DNA from: Acidobacteriota bacterium
Lineage (GTDB): Bacteria > Actinomycetota > Acidimicrobiia > Spongiisociales > ZC4RG35
Assembly (NCBI GenBank): GCA_022573225.1
Contig: JACZUI010000004.1
Location: forward strand, 3,381-67,380
Direction: 5' to 3'
DNA length: 64,000 nt
Position 1 is the first letter of the stretch; every line of letters starts with the position of its first letter. Below are positions 59,459 to 64,000 of the stretch, piece by piece. The notes beneath the pieces are model-generated. The model was not told where the DNA came from, ran no database searches, and saw nothing but the letters and a program-made list of their open reading frames with translations. A program made the position numbers and the translations under genes.

Positions 59459-60457
59459 ATGCGGAGAATTGCTGTGATCGGAGCAGGGTCGTGGGGCACC
59501 ACGGCAGCCGCACTGGCCGCTCGGTCCACCTCAACGGTCATTTGGGCGCGAAGACGCGAACTGGCCGACGCCATCAACAGTCGTCATGAGAACCCCGACT
59601 ACCTCCCCGGTTTTCGGCTTCCCTCCGAGCTGCGAGCGACGGACGACATCGGCGAGTGCGTTGGAGGCGCCGACGCCGTGGTGATGGCCGTTCCCTCTCA
59701 CGGCTTTCGTGAGGTTCTGGGAAAACTCGCCCACCGGATCGCCGATCACATTCCGGTGATCTCGCTCACCAAGGGGATCGAACAGGGTTCGTTGGCGACG
59801 ATGACTCAGATAATCGCTGAGGAGTGTCCAGGAGTCCGTCCATCGCTCATCGGTGTTCTCACCGGCCCCAACCTCGCCTCCGAGATAGTCGACGGCCAAC
59901 CCACGGCAGCAGTTGTGGCCCTCGGCGACAAAGAAGCGGCCCGTCAGATTCAGGGTGTGTTCATGGGCCCGAGCTTCCGGGTGTATACCAACGACGATGT
60001 TGTGGGCTGTGAGCTGGGTGGCGCCCTGAAGAACGTTATGGCCGTCGCCGCGGGGATGTCGGATGGGCTGGGGTTCGGAGATAACACCCGAGCGGCCCTG
60101 GTCACGAGGGCACTTGCTGAGCTCACCAGGCTCGGCGTTGCCATGGGCGGACGTCCTTCGACATTCGCCGGCCTGGCGGGCATGGGTGACCTGATCGCGA
60201 CGACGTCATCGGCCAAGAGCCGAAATCATCGGGTCGGGTTCGGCCTTGCCCAGGGAAAGACTCTGGACGTCGTCATCCACGAGATGAACATGGTTGCCGA
60301 AGGCGTGAAAACAACACAGGCGGTGTTGGACCTTGCAGCTCGCCACGAGATCGAGATGCCGATCGCGCACCATGTCGGCATGGTGCTCTACGACGGAATG
60401 CACCCACGAGACGCGGTTCTCGAGCTGATGACCCGGGACGCACGAGCCGAGATTTGA
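59459..60457 (+). CDS. gpsA: NAD(P)H-dependent glycerol-3-phosphate dehydrogenase
   Basis: GAGSWGT, TKGIE, GPNLA.E, GALKN, GDLIAT, SRN. Confidence 0.95.
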   Translation: MRRIAVIGAGSWGTTAAALAARSTSTVIWARRRELADAINSRHENPDYLPGFRLPSELRATDDIGECVGGADAVVMAVPSHGFREVLGKLAHRIADHIPVISLTKGIEQGSLATMTQIIAEECPGVRPSLIGVLTGPNLASEIVDGQPTAAVVALGDKEAARQIQGVFMGPSFRVYTNDDVVGCELGGALKNVMAVAAGMSDGLGFGDNTRAALVTRALAELTRLGVAMGGRPSTFAGLAGMGDLIATTSSAKSRNHRVGFGLAQGKTLDVVIHEMNMVAEGVKTTQAVLDLAARHEIEMPIAHHVGMVLYDGMHPRDAVLELMTRDARAEI

Positions 60458-60546
60458 CCGAAAGGCGGATTATCCGGTCGTGGCCTTGGGTTGTCGCCAT
60501 GTCTGCTGCAACCGATTACCGACACACGGTGTTCTATGAGTGACCG

Positions 60547-61452
60547 ATGACTGCCAATCGACTTCTGACAACAACGCACGGCACAAACCGGAGCGCCTTC
60601 TCGGCTACCGACTGGACACTGTTCCTATCGGTGAGCGTGATCTGGGGCGCATCATTTCTCTTCATGGCCATCGGCCTCGACGCCTTCCACCCGGGATTGG
60701 TGACCTGGATGCGGGTGGGATTCGGCACGCTGTTCTTGTGGGCGCTCCCGGGTTCTCGGAAAATCTCGATCCCCGCCGTTGATCGACCCCGAGTCAGATT
60801 CCTCGGCCTGATCTGGATCGCGGTGCCCCTGACCATATTTCCCATCGCCCAGCAATGGGTCGCCTCGTCTGTGGCCGGGATGCTCAACGGCACGGTGCCC
60901 ATTTTCACGGCCATCATCGCGTCGGTTCTGCTGCGCCATCTCCCTGGAAGACTCCAGATGGCAGGCCTGGCGATTGGCTTCACGGGCATGATCGCGATCG
61001 CCATTCCATCATCCAGCGGGGGAACGACCGTGGCCTTGGGCGTCCTTCTGATCCTGGTGGCGACTGTCTGCTACGGATTCGCCACCAACATCGTCGCGCC
61101 CCTCCAGCACAGCTATGGCTCGATCCCGGTGATGGCCCGAGTCCAGTGGTTCGCGCTGCTTCTGGTCACGCCCTACGGCCTGTACGGCCTCACCCAATCG
61201 GAGTTCGCCTGGCCGTCGCTGGTGGCCACCCTCGCCGTGGGCGTGCTCGGCACGGGACTTGCCTTCTTGATGATGGGAACCCTGGTGGGCCGGGTCGGAC
61301 CGACCCGATCTGCTTTCGTCACCTATCTGATCCCGGTGATAGCACTGGTCCTCGGTGTCGTGTTCCGCGACGAGGTCGTAGCTTCCCTGGCCCTTGCGGG
61401 GGTTGGCCTGGTGATCGCCGGAGCGTTCCTGGCATCGAGGCGAGAGACCTGA
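60547..61452 (+). CDS. DMT/EamA family transporter
   Basis: IWGASF, 10 TM segments, YLIPVIA. Confidence 0.9.
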   Translation: MTANRLLTTTHGTNRSAFSATDWTLFLSVSVIWGASFLFMAIGLDAFHPGLVTWMRVGFGTLFLWALPGSRKISIPAVDRPRVRFLGLIWIAVPLTIFPIAQQWVASSVAGMLNGTVPIFTAIIASVLLRHLPGRLQMAGLAIGFTGMIAIAIPSSSGGTTVALGVLLILVATVCYGFATNIVAPLQHSYGSIPVMARVQWFALLLVTPYGLYGLTQSEFAWPSLVATLAVGVLGTGLAFLMMGTLVGRVGPTRSAFVTYLIPVIALVLGVVFRDEVVASLALAGVGLVIAGAFLASRRET

Positions 61453-61546
61453 TTCCCTCCAGTGCAAGTACGTTGGGGGCACCTCAAGCTGCCAAAATGC
61501 AGCTCCTCGACCGAGAAGAGGCACGTTTGGACCGGAGCCAGCCGGC

Positions 61547-61942
61547 TTGACGCTGAATGAGTCAAGGCTGCGTGTCGGACTGTCGCTCAGTACTCCGCCC
61601 CTGATGCTCGCCTTGGCGCTGATCGTGTGGACGGGCGGTGTCTCCGGATGGGTTGCCGGCGGTTTGGTCCTTGTGGCGCTGATCTCCGGATGGTTCGTGC
61701 TTTTCGACTTTGCCACTTCGATCATCCTCGACACCGACGGGATCATTCGACGATGTATTGCCAGAAATCACGTCATCGAGTGGGCCGCAATCGACCGAAT
61801 AATGAGGCGCCCCCGACACGGGCTGGTTCTCGTGACGGGCGACGGAGAACATCACATCCTCATCGACCGCAAGCTCGACGACTCCGAATTCGACTCGTTC
61901 GTCACCCGGGTCCGGGCTCAGGGAGTCGAAATCCAGGGTTGA
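61547..61942 (+). CDS. Hypothetical membrane protein, two TMs plus a bacterial PH-like domain
   Basis: Two hydrophobic helices followed by LDTDGI..IEW..I pattern; start uncertain. Confidence 0.6.
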   Translation: MTLNESRLRVGLSLSTPPLMLALALIVWTGGVSGWVAGGLVLVALISGWFVLFDFATSIILDTDGIIRRCIARNHVIEWAAIDRIMRRPRHGLVLVTGDGEHHILIDRKLDDSEFDSFVTRVRAQGVEIQG

Positions 61943-61987
61943 CCCGGCTCTTGACACGCATTGCACGGACTTGGGCATAATCAGGAT

Positions 61988-62587
61988 GTGGTGGATCGAT
62001 CTGACGCCAAACTGCTGACCGCGTCGTCGGCAGGCTCTGGAGACGCGTACTCAGAGTTCTTTCGCAGGCATGTCGATGCGATCACCCGATATGCGGTTCG
62101 TCGATGCGCCAATCCGGAGGATGTCGCCGACCTCGTCGCGGAGTGCTTCCTGGTGGCCCTTCAGGCCGCCCATCGCTACATCCCCGAAACCGATACGGCT
62201 CTTCCCTGGCTGTTTGGCATCTCGAGGAGACTCCTGGCCAAACAGCGGCGCAAATACGTGGGCAACCGGCGCATCGAAGTCAAGGCCTCCAATGCCTTCC
62301 CGGTGTTCACCGCCGCCGAAGACAACGAGATCGCCTCTGCCATCGACGCCGCCAGGCAGGCGCCGGCGCTCGAGGCAGCCCTCAACGATCTCACATCTGC
62401 AGAGAGGGACGTGCTGGAATTGATCGCCTACGACGGGCTCAGCCCATCGGAGGCCGCTGCGGCGTTGGAAATCACCCCAAACGCAGCGCGACTCCGGCTT
62501 TCGCGGGCTCGTCGCGCCGTCAGATCACAGATTGCGCCAGCCCCGCTGGCGGGCAGAGCCGTGGAGGATGGCGAGTATGCATTCTGA
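61988..62587 (+). CDS. ECF-type RNA polymerase sigma factor
   Basis: DVADLVAECF, PWLFGISRR, ERDVLEL..DGLS..EAA..RLSRARR. Confidence 0.9.
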   Translation: MVDRSDAKLLTASSAGSGDAYSEFFRRHVDAITRYAVRRCANPEDVADLVAECFLVALQAAHRYIPETDTALPWLFGISRRLLAKQRRKYVGNRRIEVKASNAFPVFTAAEDNEIASAIDAARQAPALEAALNDLTSAERDVLELIAYDGLSPSEAAAALEITPNAARLRLSRARRAVRSQIAPAPLAGRAVEDGEYAF

Positions 62588-62957
62588 GGCCCGTCGTCCC
62601 GCGGAGATAAACCTCGATCAGTTCGTAGACCGCCTCGACGCTCGACTCCGAGATGAGCTCGCGGCAACACGCCGCGCCACACTCCCGACGACCATCAACC
62701 GGTGGCTGCGGGCCTTCAGAATCAGGGCCCTGGCCTTTGTCCAGGGTGGAGCAATGGCTGTCACCGCACTGGCGGTGATGGTGGCGGTCGGGGTGGCTCC
62801 TACGATCCGCTCAGCCGACGTCGCGGTCTCTGAGAGCCCGCTTTCGTCCCCGGTAGTCAAGGTCGACTCGCACCTCGCCGAGAAACTGGGTGCCACCGTC
62901 CTGGTGTCAGCCCAGGTCGACACCGTCGACTTGCAGGTTCGGGGCATAACCCCCTAG
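62577..62957 (+). CDS. Putative anti-sigma factor (single TM)
   Basis: Overlaps the sigma stop; short charged N-terminal helix, one TM, short outer tail. Confidence 0.5.
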   Translation: MHSEARRPAEINLDQFVDRLDARLRDELAATRRATLPTTINRWLRAFRIRALAFVQGGAMAVTALAVMVAVGVAPTIRSADVAVSESPLSSPVVKVDSHLAEKLGATVLVSAQVDTVDLQVRGITP

Positions 62958-62970
62958 AAATCCGCTGATC

Positions 62971-63876
62971 TCAGAGCACGGCCGCCGATCTCAGAGCCCT
63001 GATCGCCAGCTCTCGATCTCCCAGACGTCGTCTCAACTCCCGCTCCAGACCGCCGATTGGATAGAGGTTCTGCGGCGCCCGCGGGTCTTTGTGACGGGCG
63101 GAAGCAAACCGGGGAAGGGACGCCGTGACCAGGTGGGCAAGCCGTGAGGCATCGGCCACCGGCATGTCCGCTTTTACCTCGCAGCGAACCAGACCGCCAG
63201 CCGGGCCTGAACCATTGGACAATCGCAGATACCAGGAAAACCGACTCCACGACGTTGTAGTGAGGAATATTGGGGTTCGGGCGCCCACCGGGAGGGTGGC
63301 CAACGACGCCCGCAGCGCGTCCGGCAGGTATTGGACATGCTGAGTCTTGATGTAGCCGATGGCCCTGTCGACGTGCCGCCGATGGGACAAAGGCCCGTCG
63401 ACCACAACCAGAGACGCTTCATCCTGGCCGCTCGCCACCTCGCCCTCGAGGTCTCCCATGCGTTCCTGGATTCCCAACCACAGCTCCTCCGGCGTCGAGC
63501 CGCGGGTGCTCATCACCTCGTAGACCCCCACGCTTGTCTCGATTGGAGCGGCATCGACTCCGGTGAAAATCCCGCGGCGTACCTCGGCGGCGACCACCTT
63601 TGCCCCACCGTTGCAACGGACGGCTCCGGCGGCGAAGGTGGCGGCCAGACCGAACCCGGGGAACTGCTCGCTTCGGTCGATCCAGAGGTTGGCATCGACC
63701 CGCCTCACGCCATCGATGAACAGGATGTCCTCGGCCGGATCGCACTCGGGTGTCAGGGGGCGCCACGCTGCGACACTCAACTCGACGGAGGGATCAACGT
63801 TCTCAGACGAATCGATCAGATCGGCTTCGGACGGCGACCCGTACTCCGGAGCCCAAGACTCGACGGTGAACTTCAC
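62971..63876 (-). CDS. NurA-like nuclease
   Basis: FIDGVRR, VVVDGPL, GYIKT, SWYLRL, PQNLYPI..LE; GTGA-coupled to the sbcC-like gene. Confidence 0.72.
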   Translation of the reverse strand: MKFTVESWAPEYGSPSEADLIDSSENVDPSVELSVAAWRPLTPECDPAEDILFIDGVRRVDANLWIDRSEQFPGFGLAATFAAGAVRCNGGAKVVAAEVRRGIFTGVDAAPIETSVGVYEVMSTRGSTPEELWLGIQERMGDLEGEVASGQDEASLVVVDGPLSHRRHVDRAIGYIKTQHVQYLPDALRASLATLPVGARTPIFLTTTSWSRFSWYLRLSNGSGPAGGLVRCEVKADMPVADASRLAHLVTASLPRFASARHKDPRAPQNLYPIGGLERELRRRLGDRELAIRALRSAAVL

Positions 63877-64000
63877 GACGCCCGTCTTGAAATCGTGGCG
63901 GTGTCAGGACCTTTGGTCACCTCGAACCGCACCGGAATCCGCTCGGCCAACTCCTTGACATGGGTCACGATGCCAACCGTCCTCCCTTGATCAACGAGCT
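63873..64000 (-). CDS. sbcC: SbcC/Rad50-type SMC ATPase, C-terminal end (partial)
   Basis: Manual translation LVDQGRTVGIVTHVKELAERIPVRFEVTK..*, the typical SbcC H-loop terminus. Confidence 0.78.
   Translation of the reverse strand, partial: LVDQGRTVGIVTHVKELAERIPVRFEVTKGPDTATISRRAS

Noticed and set aside
61497-61550. 17-codon ORF MQLLDREEARLDRSQPA overlapping the next TTG start
   Set aside because: Too short to support; could be chance or a frameshifted N-terminus

Overview
A GC-rich (roughly 60-65% by eye), gene-dense chromosomal segment from an actinobacterium, probably class Acidimicrobiia. This is inferred from AdnAB, homodimeric AceE, MoeZ-Mec, classical men genes and pervasive leaderless TANNNT promoters. 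Most of the ~58 CDSs are housekeeping or metabolic: adnAB, plsY/dtd/plsB, an ABC-2 exporter, a CCAEP-tail radical SAM protein, aceE-moeZ-mec, DUF3179, mug-nfuA, an ATP-grasp protein, thiN, ATP-type pckA, an (R)-specific beta-oxidation cluster, murI-menF/menDC, manC, gcvP with a glycine riboswitch, ychF, gpsA, an ECF sigma pair and sbcC-nurA. I saw no rRNA, tRNA, CRISPR array or intact transposase. The most unusual items are: (1) an accessory patch at 11.7-15.0 kb with a TetR pseudogene plus operator and three diverged copies of a ~70-nt non-coding motif that bracket gene cassettes; (2) a 43-aa ORF ending in LAA behind a PafBC-like promoter just upstream of adnAB; (3) the radical SAM CCAEP tail, encoded by TGT-TGT with a SECIS-like hairpin and coupled to an ABC exporter; (4) plsY reading through the antisense strand of dtd; (5) an orphan MerR-type promoter/operator; (6) a Pro/Glu-repeat scaffold-like protein. 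Start codons were chosen by eye. All functional calls rest on motif recognition, not on database searches.
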